A stretch of DNA of 64,000 bases, from the NCBI RefSeq assembly GCF_055900595.2, contig NZ_CM148325.1. One strand, given 5' to 3'. How positions within the stretch are numbered: the first letter of the stretch is position 1; the number at the start of each line of letters is the position of its first letter. Positions 15,737 to 25,057 of the stretch are shown one piece after another. The notes beneath the pieces were generated by a model. The model ran no database searches and was not told the DNA's origin. It was given only the letters and a program-made list of their open reading frames with translations. A program made the translations under genes and the position numbers.

Positions 15737-16876
15737 ATGAATCTGATCATGAGCGATGCCGCGCGGGCCGAGCTTTTTGCTTACCAGGCACAACAGGCAG
15801 AGATGAATAACATCACGATATCTGCGCTCTCCTCCCGCTTTTCGGTACAACCGGCAGTGCAGCAGAGATTTGAAAACGCATCAAAGGAAAGCCATGATTT
15901 TCTTCAGAAAGTCAACAGCATTGGTGTGACAGAGCAGAAAGGTGAAAAGGTACTCCTGGACACCACCGGGCCGGTTGCGCGCACGAACAGCAGTTATGAC
16001 GGCACAAATCGTCGTAACCCGCTGAATGTGGTGGACATGAAAGCGCGACGCTATGAGTGCGAGCAGGTGAACTACGACACCTTCATCTCCTACCCTCAGC
16101 TTGACATGTGGGCCGGACACCCTGACTTCCAGCTGCGTGTGAGTCGCCAGATTGCCAGACAGGTGGCACTTGATCGCATCATGACAGGTTTTAACGGTAC
16201 GCACCATGCGGAAGTCTCGGATATAAAAAAACACCCGCGACTTGAGGACGTCAATAAGGGGTGGCTGCAGGATATCAGGGACCAGGCCCCGCAACGCGTC
16301 ATGAAAGACGTGATGCTGACTGCGCGCAATATGGACAATTCGGTGGCATACACCGGCAGATACGCCAATCCCGATGCACTGATCCAGGATGCACGCTCAT
16401 CCCTGCTTGACGAATGGCACAAGGACGCAGACGACCTCGTTGTCATCATGGGGCGAAACCTCTTTAACTCCCTGCGCCTGCCGGTCCTGAACAGTATCAG
16501 CATGCAGAATCCGAATGCCGAACTGCTTGCCGGACAGCTCATTGTGTCAACGCGGACCATTGGCGGCCTTGATGTGTACCTTGCGCCATTTTTCCCGGCT
16601 CAGTCAATACTCATCACCTCATTCAGCAACCTGTCGGTTTACTGGCAGAAGGGGTCCATGCGTCGTCTCATGAAGGATGAGCCCGAATACAACCGTATCG
16701 CCATCTATCAGTCCGTTAACGACTGCTATGTGGTTGAGGACCATGGTAAGTGCGCACTGATTGAGAATATCAGCTTTGCCGAATATGACCATGACGCGCC
16801 GGACTGGTACCGGGACGCCACAAAAGCACTGTCAGCGCAGGCTGAAGACAGGGATGCAGGGGAAGAGGAGGATTAA
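15737..16876 (+). CDS. N: Major capsid protein, P2 gpN-like
   Basis: Blocks such as YECEQVNYD......LD.WA..PDFQLR, IMTGFNG and VGWLQ match remembered P2 N. Confidence 0.9.
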   Translation: MNLIMSDAARAELFAYQAQQAEMNNITISALSSRFSVQPAVQQRFENASKESHDFLQKVNSIGVTEQKGEKVLLDTTGPVARTNSSYDGTNRRNPLNVVDMKARRYECEQVNYDTFISYPQLDMWAGHPDFQLRVSRQIARQVALDRIMTGFNGTHHAEVSDIKKHPRLEDVNKGWLQDIRDQAPQRVMKDVMLTARNMDNSVAYTGRYANPDALIQDARSSLLDEWHKDADDLVVIMGRNLFNSLRLPVLNSISMQNPNAELLAGQLIVSTRTIGGLDVYLAPFFPAQSILITSFSNLSVYWQKGSMRRLMKDEPEYNRIAIYQSVNDCYVVEDHGKCALIENISFAEYDHDAPDWYRDATKALSAQAEDRDAGEEED

Positions 16877-16878
16877 CC

Positions 16879-17661
16879 ATGCTGACACCGGCACAGGCTC
16901 ATTTCCAGCGCGTGATGGCTTTACGGGCAGGAACGGCAGCAGAAAACGAGGATATCGTGGCCCGCACGGCTCATGAGCAGGTCCTTCACCGTCTGCGCCT
17001 GGCACAGCAACGCATAAAGGGCGTCCAGGCAAAAGCGGCAAAGGCCGCGCTCAAGCGTGAAATGCTGCCGGGTTTTGCAGGCTGGATAGACGGCACGCTG
17101 GAAGCCGACGGCGGACAGCAGGATGAGGTGATAGCCACACTCATGGTGTGGGCCGTGGACTGTGGCGACCTGGCGCTTGCACTGCGCATCGGGGATTATG
17201 TGGTTCGCCACAACCTCACGATGCCTGACAACTTCGGGCGTACGGCAGCCACGGTACTGACCGAGGAAATCTGCAACCCTGTTCTGACACAGGCCGGAAC
17301 GGATGCACACGCCGATTTGTCCGGCTACATCGAACCGCTGGACACCCTCTGGCAAATTGTCGCGAACCGGGACATGCCCGATGAGGTCCGCGCCAAGCTG
17401 TGCAAGGCATGCGCCTTTGCCCGTCGTGGCCTGACCGATGCCGACAGCATGGCGGTGAGTCTGAAGCTGTTCCGTGAGGCAATGCACCTTAACCCGAATG
17501 CGGGGGTAAAACGTGAGATTGCCACGCTTTCACGGGCCCTGAAAAAGGCCGGACAGGATGAAGCCGCTGCCGCACAGGAGCCTGCGGCACAGAAAGATAC
17601 AACCAGAGAACAGACCACGACGCCGAAGGCGAAAGCGAAAGCGAAGGCGAAACGTGGTTAA
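16879..17661 (+). CDS. M: Terminase small subunit, P2 gpM-like
   Basis: ..LPGFAGWIDGTLE...GQQDEV..TLMVW..D.GD...AL.I..Y...H.LTMP and DMPDEVRAKL match remembered P2 M. Lysine-rich C-terminus. Confidence 0.85.
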   Translation: MLTPAQAHFQRVMALRAGTAAENEDIVARTAHEQVLHRLRLAQQRIKGVQAKAAKAALKREMLPGFAGWIDGTLEADGGQQDEVIATLMVWAVDCGDLALALRIGDYVVRHNLTMPDNFGRTAATVLTEEICNPVLTQAGTDAHADLSGYIEPLDTLWQIVANRDMPDEVRAKLCKACAFARRGLTDADSMAVSLKLFREAMHLNPNAGVKREIATLSRALKKAGQDEAAAAQEPAAQKDTTREQTTTPKAKAKAKAKRG

Positions 17662-17763
17662 CGGCTGACCCCGTCAGAAGGCGGCGTGCCGGGCGTTCCG
17701 GTTACGGTTTTCCGTTCCCCTTACACCCGGCACCCACCGCTTTTTTTTCTGAAGGAGCGATTT

Positions 17764-18258
17764 ATGAGCATGGTCGCAAGACCGGAAGCCGCCCCTGCGC
17801 GGGACGACATCACCGACACCGACGACGGCGACGCCACCATCACCGCCGGGGCATTCTGGCCGGAGATTGTGCTGCGGGAGCTGCGCCTTGCAGTACGCCT
17901 GCCGGGCCGCATCACCTCCACACGTCTGGCGCACGTTGCCACGGGAGCCGTGGCTCACGTCACGCGGGAGCTGGAAGAGTGGCAGCAGGCGCAAATCGCC
18001 GCAGGATTCAGCACGCTGACAGACGTACCTGCCGCCACCATCAACGGTGAGAGCGTCAACGCCTGGCATTACCGGCACGCCGTCTACAGCGCCACCCGTG
18101 CCCTGATTCTGGAGCGCTGGCGGGATGTGGACACCACCGACAAGGGGGACCGCAGGGCTGACGCACTGGATGAGCAGGTGGAGGACCTGTGGCGCGACGT
18201 GCGCTGGGCGATTTCCGATATTCTCGGCTTTCCCCGTCTTTTTGTGGAGCTTGTGTGA
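17764..18258 (+). CDS. L: Head completion/stabilisation protein, P2 gpL-like
   Basis: From the ATG at 17764 (AAGGAG SD): ..QQAQIAAGFSTLTDVPA..INGES......Y..AVY..........RWRDVD.T.KGD..AD......EDLWRDVRWAI resembles P2 L. Confidence 0.85.
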   Translation: MSMVARPEAAPARDDITDTDDGDATITAGAFWPEIVLRELRLAVRLPGRITSTRLAHVATGAVAHVTRELEEWQQAQIAAGFSTLTDVPAATINGESVNAWHYRHAVYSATRALILERWRDVDTTDKGDRRADALDEQVEDLWRDVRWAISDILGFPRLFVELV

Positions 18259-18455
18259 TGAAAGTGAGGGCACTTCAGGGGGACACCGTGGATTTACTCT
18301 GTTTCCGGCACTACGGCACCACGCAGGGGGTGACCGCACAGGTACTTGATGCCAATCCCGGGCTCTGCCGCCAGGTAATTCTGGAAGCGGGACAGGAGGT
18401 GGAGATGCCGGAGCCGGAAAGGAAACAGCAACGCGAAAAGGTAAAGCTATGGTGA
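18258..18455 (+). CDS. X: Tail protein X, P2 gpX-like (LysM-like)
   Basis: MKVRALQGDTVDLLCFRHYGTTQGVTAQVLDANPGL compares with P2 X MKTFALQGDTLDAICVRYYGRTEGVVETVLAANPGL. Confidence 0.8.
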   Translation: MKVRALQGDTVDLLCFRHYGTTQGVTAQVLDANPGLCRQVILEAGQEVEMPEPERKQQREKVKLW

Positions 18456-18739
18456 CGGGATTTTTTCAGCGCGTCAGTGACTGGATCACCTTCTGGGCGT
18501 CAGTGACGGCAACAACCATTGGTGTTATGACCATCAGCGAAAAAATTGCGCTGGCCGGGCTGCTTCTGGGGTCACTTTCCGCCATCCATGCCTGGCGCCA
18601 CCGCAGGCGTACGGAGCAGGCAATGAAGCGCCGCAATGACCTTATCGCCCGCATCCTGGCACGTTCAGAAAACCGCGAGCTTCACGACGGTGAGAGACGG
18701 GCACTGGACAGCGTGAGACAGGACGGAGAAGAGCGGTGA
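18449..18739 (+). CDS. Holin (two TM helices; pinholin-like)
   Basis: Two hydrophobic helices (WITFWASVTATTIGVMTI and IALAGLLLGSLSAIHAW) and a charged C-terminus. It lies directly upstream of a SAR endolysin. Confidence 0.6.
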   Translation: MVTGFFQRVSDWITFWASVTATTIGVMTISEKIALAGLLLGSLSAIHAWRHRRRTEQAMKRRNDLIARILARSENRELHDGERRALDSVRQDGEER

Positions 18740-19281
18740 AGCTGCCGGTAAAACGTTATGCGGTGGCGGCCATTGTGGCGCTGGGCGTCTCCATGGCACC
18801 CGGTGAACTGAGAACCTCACGGGAAGCACAGATAAAAATCGCCACCCGGGAAGAGTGCCGGGCGACACCGTACCGTGATATTGCAGGAGTAATGACCGTG
18901 GGATGTGGTTCAACAGGGGGCGTGGAGAACCGGGTTTACGGAGAAAAGGAGGTGGCCCGCCGCTGGGTGAATGACCTGCGGCACGCGGAAAACTGTATCA
19001 ACCAGAACTTCAGCGGTGCCGCCATGCCCCAGTCCGCCTTTGAGGCGATGACCGACGCGGCGTTCAACGTCGGCTGTACCGGCCTGATGTGGTACCGGGA
19101 CAGGAGCGGCAACCGGCAGCGCACCACCATCTGGAAGCACGCACAGGCGCACCGCTGGGTGGCGATGTGCGGGAGACTGACCGATTTTGTCAACAGTGGC
19201 GGACGCCGCTCACAGGGGCTGGTTAACCGCCGGGAGGAGTTCAGACAGTGGTGTCTTCGCGACACGGGAGGCAGCACATGA
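18736..19281 (+). CDS. SAR endolysin (T4-lysozyme fold, phage 21 R-like)
   Basis: N-terminal signal-arrest-release helix AVAAIVALGVSMAPG, then the catalytic spacing E-8-D-5-T (EECRATPYRDIAGVMTVGCG). Confidence 0.8.
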   Translation: MKLPVKRYAVAAIVALGVSMAPGELRTSREAQIKIATREECRATPYRDIAGVMTVGCGSTGGVENRVYGEKEVARRWVNDLRHAENCINQNFSGAAMPQSAFEAMTDAAFNVGCTGLMWYRDRSGNRQRTTIWKHAQAHRWVAMCGRLTDFVNSGGRRSQGLVNRREEFRQWCLRDTGGST

Positions 19282-19685
19282 GACCGGTTTACGCCGTGAT
19301 TGTTGCCCTCATGGTGACCGCCCTGACGGCAGTGGCCATGTGGCAGTCATACCGGCTGGGGCGTGCCGGTGAGGCACGTGACGCCGCAGAGCAGCAGCTG
19401 GGCGAATACAGCCGTGCGCTGCGTGAATCCTCCGCCGTTATCAGCGATGCCTCCGCCGTACTGCATGAGGTGATGACGCAGCGACAGCAAAGGGCACAGG
19501 AAGGAGAAGCCAGACGTGAACAGCTTCGCGAAATTACTGCGACGGATGAGTGCGCCCGCGCTCTTCCTGACCACCGTTTTACTGACCGGCTGCGCGAACA
19601 CACGGAACGCGCCACTGCCCGCGCCCTCCTTCCGGTTCATTCCGGCGGGACTGACGACGGGAACACGGCCCCCGCCCTTCCCTGA
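19278..19685 (+). CDS. i-spanin (Rz/LysB-like)
   Basis: N-terminal TM (VYAVIVALMVTALTAVAMW) followed by a charged coiled-coil. ATGA overlap with the endolysin. Confidence 0.65.
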   Translation: MRPVYAVIVALMVTALTAVAMWQSYRLGRAGEARDAAEQQLGEYSRALRESSAVISDASAVLHEVMTQRQQRAQEGEARREQLREITATDECARALPDHRFTDRLREHTERATARALLPVHSGGTDDGNTAPALP

Positions 19686-19830
19686 ACACCCCACCTGGGG
19701 AAATATCGGGATATGGAGCGACAGCCTCCTGGATGCACTGGAAACCTGCAACGCAGACAAACAGGCCATTGAGGCGCTGGAGCGCCGGAGACTCAACCGA
19801 CAGAACGGAGGGGGACATGCTGAAAAGTAA
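19546..19830 (+). CDS. o-spanin lipoprotein (Rz1/LysC-like); starts inside the i-spanin gene in another frame
   Basis: MSAPALFLTTVLLTGC carries a lipobox, followed by a proline-rich mature part. It overlaps and extends beyond the i-spanin gene, as P2 lysB/lysC do. Confidence 0.6.
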   Translation: MSAPALFLTTVLLTGCANTRNAPLPAPSFRFIPAGLTTGTRPPPFPEHPTWGNIGIWSDSLLDALETCNADKQAIEALERRRLNRQNGGGHAEK

Positions 19831-20281
19831 ATCCCTGAGCACACACATGAGTACAGCGTGCCGGTGGTGCAGGGCCAACCCGGAAAAGTTCACCGTGTTC
19901 ATTGAACGTGGCGGGATAGAGACCACCGGCGAGACGCCGACGTTCGTGTACAACTACCGGCTCGTGATGTTCGTCATGGACTACACGGGCGACCTGGACG
20001 ACCTGACGCTGCCGCTGATTGTCTGGCTGGCAGAGAACCAGCCGCAGTTGCTGCTTAATCCTGAGCGCAACGGCGATATTCAGTTCACGGCGGCCATTAA
20101 CGACGACGACAGTGCGGACGTGCTTTTTGAGGTGCCGCTGCGCGAGCGCGTGCGCGTCACCCGCAGGGATGACGGCACCCTCACAACGGAACATCTGCCG
20201 GAGCCGAAATCGCGCATCCCGCAGGACGGCGACTGGTCGCACATTCTGGAGGATGTGACGTGGGAGGTGACCGGTGACTGA
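19817..20281 (+). CDS. R: Tail completion protein, P2 gpR-like
   Basis: From the ATG at 19817 (GGAGGGGG SD): ..DYTGDLDDLTLPLIVWLAENQPQL compares with P2 R ..DFTGDFDLLIVPVLAWLRENQPDI. Confidence 0.8.
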   Translation: MLKSKSLSTHMSTACRWCRANPEKFTVFIERGGIETTGETPTFVYNYRLVMFVMDYTGDLDDLTLPLIVWLAENQPQLLLNPERNGDIQFTAAINDDDSADVLFEVPLRERVRVTRRDDGTLTTEHLPEPKSRIPQDGDWSHILEDVTWEVTGD

Positions 20282-20915
20282 CAGGGCTTTCACTGAACTG
20301 GACCGCACAATGCGGACCATCAGTAGCGGACTTTCCCCGCAGGCACTGAGCCGGATTGCCGGGCAGCTTGCCAGAGAGCTTCGCCGCAGCCAGCAACAGC
20401 GCATGCGTGCACAGAAAGCGCCGGACGGTACACAGTGGGAGCCGCGCAGACGGCGCATCAGCCGCCTGCAGCAGCGTATCCGCTTCATCCGGAACAACGA
20501 AACCCGCACGCTGAAAAACTGGCATCACGACGTGAGCAGACACGGACGCACCATCACCGGCTGGGATGAGGATAAGGGAGGCCTGCGCACCTTCTACCGG
20601 GAGGATATCACCCGTTATATTGAAATCAGCACCCGCCGCATCAGCCGCAACGCCACAAAGACCGTACCGATGTTTGCGAAGCTGCGCACGGCACGCTACC
20701 TGAAAGCCAGAGGCGATGCGGGCGGTCTGACCGTCGGTTATGACGGCGTGGCGGCACGCATTGCCCGCGTTCACCAGTTCGGGGAGCGCGACCGGGTGGC
20801 CGCAGGGGTGTATACGGATTATCCGGCCCGTGAACTTCTTGGAATAACACCGGCAGATGAACGGCTGATTGCCGACAGGTTACTGAACCGCATTGCGGGA
20901 GAAATATCATCATGA
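20274..20915 (+). CDS. S: Tail completion / virion morphogenesis protein, P2 gpS-like
   Basis: Position and the motif LARELRRSQQQRMRAQKAPDG..W fit the remembered P2 S. Confidence 0.75.
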   Translation: MTDRAFTELDRTMRTISSGLSPQALSRIAGQLARELRRSQQQRMRAQKAPDGTQWEPRRRRISRLQQRIRFIRNNETRTLKNWHHDVSRHGRTITGWDEDKGGLRTFYREDITRYIEISTRRISRNATKTVPMFAKLRTARYLKARGDAGGLTVGYDGVAARIARVHQFGERDRVAAGVYTDYPARELLGITPADERLIADRLLNRIAGEISS

Positions 20916-21493
20916 ACGCGGAGCTTATGCGCCTTATCAGCAACATTATCAGAACCGGCGTGATTTTCGACGTGAACCCGCAGACCTGGGAGGTCCGGGT
21001 GCGCAGTGGCGGACTGGAGACAGGCTGGCTTCGCTGGAGCACCGCGCGGGCGGGCGCGTTCAGTGTCTGGGTGCCGCCAGCCACCGGTGAACAGGTGGCG
21101 TTCGTCTGTATCGGTGGTAATCCCGAAACCGCGATAATCATCGGCAGCCTCTGGAGCGATGATATCCCGGCACCGGGCAGCACACTGAAGGAAATCATCA
21201 TGACAGCACCGGACGGTGCGGTATTCCGCTACGATGCAGACGCCGGTGCACTGGAGGTTAAGGGGATTAAAACAGCCAGCATTCAGGCCGACACGCGCAT
21301 CACCCTGGACACGCCGGAGGTGGTGTGTACCCGCAAACTTATCACCGCCACCCTGGAGGTGCAGAACGGCGGCGAGATGCGCGGCAGCATATCCCACAGC
21401 GGCGGCAGCCTGACATCCAACGGTATCACCGTTCATACGCACACCCACGGTGGCGTCAGGACGGGCCCGGGCACCACGGGAGGCCCGCAATGA
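20912..21493 (+). CDS. V: Baseplate spike/assembly protein, P2 gpV-like
   Basis: ..IRTGVI.......RV..GG..T.WL.W...RAG and the C-terminal TLDTPEVVCT..LIT.TLEVQ.GG.MRG.I.H.GG.L.SNG...HTH.H match P2 V. Confidence 0.85.
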   Translation: MNAELMRLISNIIRTGVIFDVNPQTWEVRVRSGGLETGWLRWSTARAGAFSVWVPPATGEQVAFVCIGGNPETAIIIGSLWSDDIPAPGSTLKEIIMTAPDGAVFRYDADAGALEVKGIKTASIQADTRITLDTPEVVCTRKLITATLEVQNGGEMRGSISHSGGSLTSNGITVHTHTHGGVRTGPGTTGGPQ

Positions 21494-21840
21494 CCGCTGT
21501 TTACAGGGGGATGAACCCGCAGGGAACCGGCACGCTGAGCGACAGCGAACACCTGAAAAACAGCGTGCGGGATATCCTGACCACACCGCCAGGCAGCCGG
21601 GTGATGCGCCGCGAATACGGCAGCCTGTTACCGGACCTCATCGACGAGCCCATGAACGACACCACGCGTTTACAGTGCATGAGCGCCACGGTGACTGCGC
21701 TGGCGCGCCATGAACCCCGTATAGCACTGCAGAACGTCGATGTGAACTGGCGGGCTGGCGGACGCGCCGTGGTGACGTTATCCGGCATCATCACCGAAAC
21801 CATGCAGAACATCACATTCAGTATCACCATAAGGGAGTAA
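21490..21840 (+). CDS. W: Baseplate wedge protein, gpW/gp25 family
   Basis: From the ATG at 21490: ..LKNSVRDILTTPPGSRVMRREYGSLLPDLIDEPMN is the typical GPW/gp25 motif. Confidence 0.85.
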   Translation: MTAVYRGMNPQGTGTLSDSEHLKNSVRDILTTPPGSRVMRREYGSLLPDLIDEPMNDTTRLQCMSATVTALARHEPRIALQNVDVNWRAGGRAVVTLSGIITETMQNITFSITIRE

Positions 21841-21843
21841 ATC

Positions 21844-22740
21844 ATGCCTTCCGTTGACCTGTCACAGTTACCGGAACCGGCCATCATCGCGCAGCCGGAT
21901 TTTGAGTCCATCCTGGCAGACATTAAAACCATGATGGTGAGCTCCTTCCCGGAAGAATACCGCGCCGCCGTCACCCGTGCCCTTACTCTGGAATCCGAGC
22001 CATTGAACATCATTTCCCAGGCCATGGCCTTTCGTGAAATGCTGCTTCGCCAGCGCATCAATGAAGCCGCCCGCGCCTGCATGCTCAGCCACAGCCGGGG
22101 CAGTGACCTGGACAATCTGGCTGCCAACAACAACACCCGCCGCCTGGTCATTCATCCGGCCACTGATACCACGGAAGCAGTGATGGAAAGCGACACATCG
22201 CTGCGTCTGCGTGCCCAGTCAGCCTGGGACGGCCTGAGTGTGGCCGGACCGTCCGGCGCGTATGAGTATTTTGCCCGGAGCGCAAGCGGTCTTGTCCGTG
22301 ATGCGCGCGCCATCAGCCCGTCACCGGCCACAGTCACCGTCTCCATCCTGTCAGCAGACGGTGACGGCACCGCCGGTGAGGCGTTACTGAACACGGTGCG
22401 CACCGCCCTGAATGCCGAGAACGTGCGCCCGGTTGCCGACCGCCTGACTGTGCAGAGTGCTACCATCGTGAACTGGGAAATGGAAGCGAAGCTGTATTTT
22501 TATCCAGGGCCGGAGTCTGAACCCATGCTTGCGGCCGCTGACGCCGCTTTCCGTGCATGGCTGGCAGACCAGGGCCGTATCGGTCAGGATGTGGCCCTGT
22601 CAGCCATCACTGCAGCGCTGCATGTTCACGGTGTCCAGCGCGTTGAGGTCATAAAACCCACGCAGAACATCACCATCAGTGACACTCAGGCAGCCAGATG
22701 TACCACATTCAGCATCAGCGAAGGAGGACGCAATGAGTGA
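21844..22740 (+). CDS. J: Baseplate wedge protein, P2 gpJ-like
   Basis: Size, position and N-terminus (DLSQLPEP.II...DFE.IL...K) fit P2 J. Confidence 0.85.
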   Translation: MPSVDLSQLPEPAIIAQPDFESILADIKTMMVSSFPEEYRAAVTRALTLESEPLNIISQAMAFREMLLRQRINEAARACMLSHSRGSDLDNLAANNNTRRLVIHPATDTTEAVMESDTSLRLRAQSAWDGLSVAGPSGAYEYFARSASGLVRDARAISPSPATVTVSILSADGDGTAGEALLNTVRTALNAENVRPVADRLTVQSATIVNWEMEAKLYFYPGPESEPMLAAADAAFRAWLADQGRIGQDVALSAITAALHVHGVQRVEVIKPTQNITISDTQAARCTTFSISEGGRNE

Positions 22741-23461
22741 CAGGAAAAAAACAGACAGCGCACAGCACAGTACATCACTGCTTCCACCGTCCGCAGGGCC
22801 ATTCATGCGCGCCACAGAGGCGACAGGAGTACGCATCAGTACCATACCGGTGGACGCCGACACCCTGTGGTCGCCGGACCGCTGCCCTGCTCACCTCCTG
22901 CCCTACCTTGCATGGGCATGTTCCGTTGACCGCTGGGACCGCAACTGGCCGGAAGAGACCAGACGACAGGTGATTGGCCAGTCCTGGAAGGTACACCGCC
23001 AGAAAGGAACGGTCAGCGCACTGAGGGAAACAGCCGCAGCATTCGGTTATGAGATGACCATCAGTGAATGGTGGGAGCATGGAGGGCAGCCGGGCACCTT
23101 TACTGTGACCATCGGGGCAGACACTCAGGGCATCGGCCCTGAAACATGGCTGGAGATGGAGGATCTGCTCAATGATGCACGTCCGGTTTCACGTCATATG
23201 ACGGGGCTTTATGCCGCCCTGCGTTCTGGCGTGACGGTTTACTGCGCTGCGGGAGCAGGCTGTGATGAGCTTGTAACCATTCACCAGAAAGCTCGCGCCT
23301 CCCTGGCGGGCCAGGTGACCATCATCGCAGCAGGAGACACACACACAACCGACAGTGTGACCGTACTGCCGGGGGTTCCGTCAGGTATGTACGGGGAGAT
23401 CTGTATCCGTACCGGCGCAGGTATATTCGTGAGTGAGATTGTGGAGGTTATCACCTTATGA
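22733..23461 (+). CDS. I: Baseplate protein, P2 gpI-like, with a C-terminal extension (242 aa)
   Basis: From the ATG at 22733: ..LW.PD.CPA.LLPYLAWA.SVDRWD..WPE..+R.VI......H..KGT..A.R matches P2 I. Confidence 0.85.
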   Translation: MSDRKKTDSAQHSTSLLPPSAGPFMRATEATGVRISTIPVDADTLWSPDRCPAHLLPYLAWACSVDRWDRNWPEETRRQVIGQSWKVHRQKGTVSALRETAAAFGYEMTISEWWEHGGQPGTFTVTIGADTQGIGPETWLEMEDLLNDARPVSRHMTGLYAALRSGVTVYCAAGAGCDELVTIHQKARASLAGQVTIIAAGDTHTTDSVTVLPGVPSGMYGEICIRTGAGIFVSEIVEVITL

Positions 23462-24573
23462 ACACCGATTTTTATTCCGTTCTGACGGATGCCGGGCTGA
23501 AAAAACTGGCGGCAGCCGCAGCATCAGGGAATCAGATGAAAATCACCCATATGGCTGTAGGCGACGGAAACGGAAAAGCCGTAACACCCGGCAGGGCCGA
23601 CACCAGGCTTGTCAGGGAAAAATACCGTGCGCCACTGAACAGTCTGGAAGAAGACACAGAGAGACCGGGGCATGTTATCGCAGAAATGGTGATACCTGAA
23701 AAACAGGGAGGGTGGTGGATCAGAGAATTCGGATTATTCGACGAAGACGGCGGAATGATTGTTACAGGCAAATTTCCTGACACATGGAAGCCTGCACCTG
23801 GTCAGGGTGGAGCACGACTGATATCAGTGAAAGTGGTTGTGGCAGTATCACATACAGAAAACATTGTGCTGAAAGTGGATCCTTCTGTTGTCATGGCAAC
23901 CCGGGAATGGGTGAACACAAAAGCAGAGCAGTTAAAGAAAGAGCTCAGACAACCTGATGCAACCACCAAAACAAAAGGCATTGTTCAGCTTAGCAGTGAC
24001 ATCAACAGCACCTCTGAAACGCAGGCTGCCACCCCCGGAGCGGTAAAAGCCGTGAATGATCGTGTGGACGGAAAACAGGACGCGGATCCCACGCTCACAT
24101 CTCTGTCCGGGAAAAATGCACAGCAACTGAGGCAGCTTCTGGGGCTGGGCACGCTTGCCACCCTGAACAGGGGCACCGGTTCAGGGAATGTGCCGGACAT
24201 GAGTCACTTTGCGAGTAAAAAAGCAGACTACGGTTACCAGTGTTTTCCTGGCGGCATAATGATCCAGTGGCTGCGGATCCCCTCAGACCACACAGAAAGA
24301 GCTGTCAGTCAGGAAGCCCGGGTGGCACTAAGCGGCGTGCGACTGTTTTCAGTGGAGGGTAACTGGAACGGTAATAACATGATTAAGACCCTGGCAAACT
24401 ACCAGTGGCCGAGAGTTTTCGGGGCAATTTATGCGACCGTTGCAACCAGGAATCACGGATCTGCATGGCGAGTATATCCGGTGTCCGCGAACAAGGATGT
24501 GCGTGTCGTATCCATTGCCTGGGCGGGAGAAGGTACAGATGACACTTATGTGGTTGGGGTGGGAAGAGTATGA
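23458..24573 (+). CDS. H: Tail fibre protein, P2 gpH-like N-terminus with a divergent short C-terminal domain (371 aa)
   Basis: The N-terminus ..AGLKKLAAAAASG....ITHMAVGDGNGK resembles P2 H (..AGAAKLAAATAPG....ITTMAVGDGGGK). The C-terminal half is unrelated to what I recall of P2 H. Confidence 0.8.
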   Translation: MNTDFYSVLTDAGLKKLAAAAASGNQMKITHMAVGDGNGKAVTPGRADTRLVREKYRAPLNSLEEDTERPGHVIAEMVIPEKQGGWWIREFGLFDEDGGMIVTGKFPDTWKPAPGQGGARLISVKVVVAVSHTENIVLKVDPSVVMATREWVNTKAEQLKKELRQPDATTKTKGIVQLSSDINSTSETQAATPGAVKAVNDRVDGKQDADPTLTSLSGKNAQQLRQLLGLGTLATLNRGTGSGNVPDMSHFASKKADYGYQCFPGGIMIQWLRIPSDHTERAVSQEARVALSGVRLFSVEGNWNGNNMIKTLANYQWPRVFGAIYATVATRNHGSAWRVYPVSANKDVRVVSIAWAGEGTDDTYVVGVGRV

Positions 24574-25016
24574 AAATGATGTGGTCGCCGTCTGTGGGCG
24601 GTTTTTTTGGTGAAGACAGCAGCCATATACCGGAAGATGCGGTGGAGGTTGATGAATCGATGTGGAGCAGGATGATGGAGGGACAACTTGAGGGAAAAAT
24701 TATCGTTAACGGCCCTGACGACCTGCCTGTTCTGGAAGAGCGTCCGGGACCGGGGCCAGAAGAATACCGGCATCAGGCTCGCCTTGAGCTTGCTGACCTT
24801 CGCCGACAGGGGCTGGAACACATAGAGTCGATGCGCTGGCGTGACAAAGCGGTCATGAACAGGCTGGGAGAAGAGGAGAAGCAGGAGTATAACGCCTGGC
24901 TTGACTGGCTCGACGCGCTTGACAGTACGGACATATCAGGGGCACCGGATGTGGTGTGGCCGGTGATGCCCGTCACGGTGGTTCCTGAACATCCTCAGAA
25001 AAAATTGCCGGAGTGA
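24570..25016 (+). CDS. G: Tail fibre assembly chaperone (gpG/Tfa-like)
   Basis: ATGA overlap with H. The size and acidic composition are typical of Tfa proteins. Confidence 0.7.
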   Translation: MKMMWSPSVGGFFGEDSSHIPEDAVEVDESMWSRMMEGQLEGKIIVNGPDDLPVLEERPGPGPEEYRHQARLELADLRRQGLEHIESMRWRDKAVMNRLGEEEKQEYNAWLDWLDALDSTDISGAPDVVWPVMPVTVVPEHPQKKLPE

Positions 25017-25022
25017 ACAGCC

Positions 25023-25050
25023 TCCGGCCTGAGACTGCACTCAGGCCGGA
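25023..25050. terminator. 11-bp hairpin between convergent G and U (possible bidirectional terminator; no clear U-tract)
   Basis: TCCGGCCTGAG-ACTGCA-CTCAGGCCGGA. Confidence 0.4.
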
Positions 25051-25057
25051 AATTCTG

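Noticed and set aside
20780-20911. I searched for a third copy of the late-promoter dyad upstream of V.
   Set aside because: No TGT-N12-ACA dyad or 16-mer copy was seen. V-G may be co-transcribed with R-S or use a divergent site that I cannot identify.
25017-25057. The Z/fun-type cargo hotspot expected after the tail-fibre assembly gene.
   Set aside because: There are only 42 bp here, occupied by a hairpin. There is no cargo.
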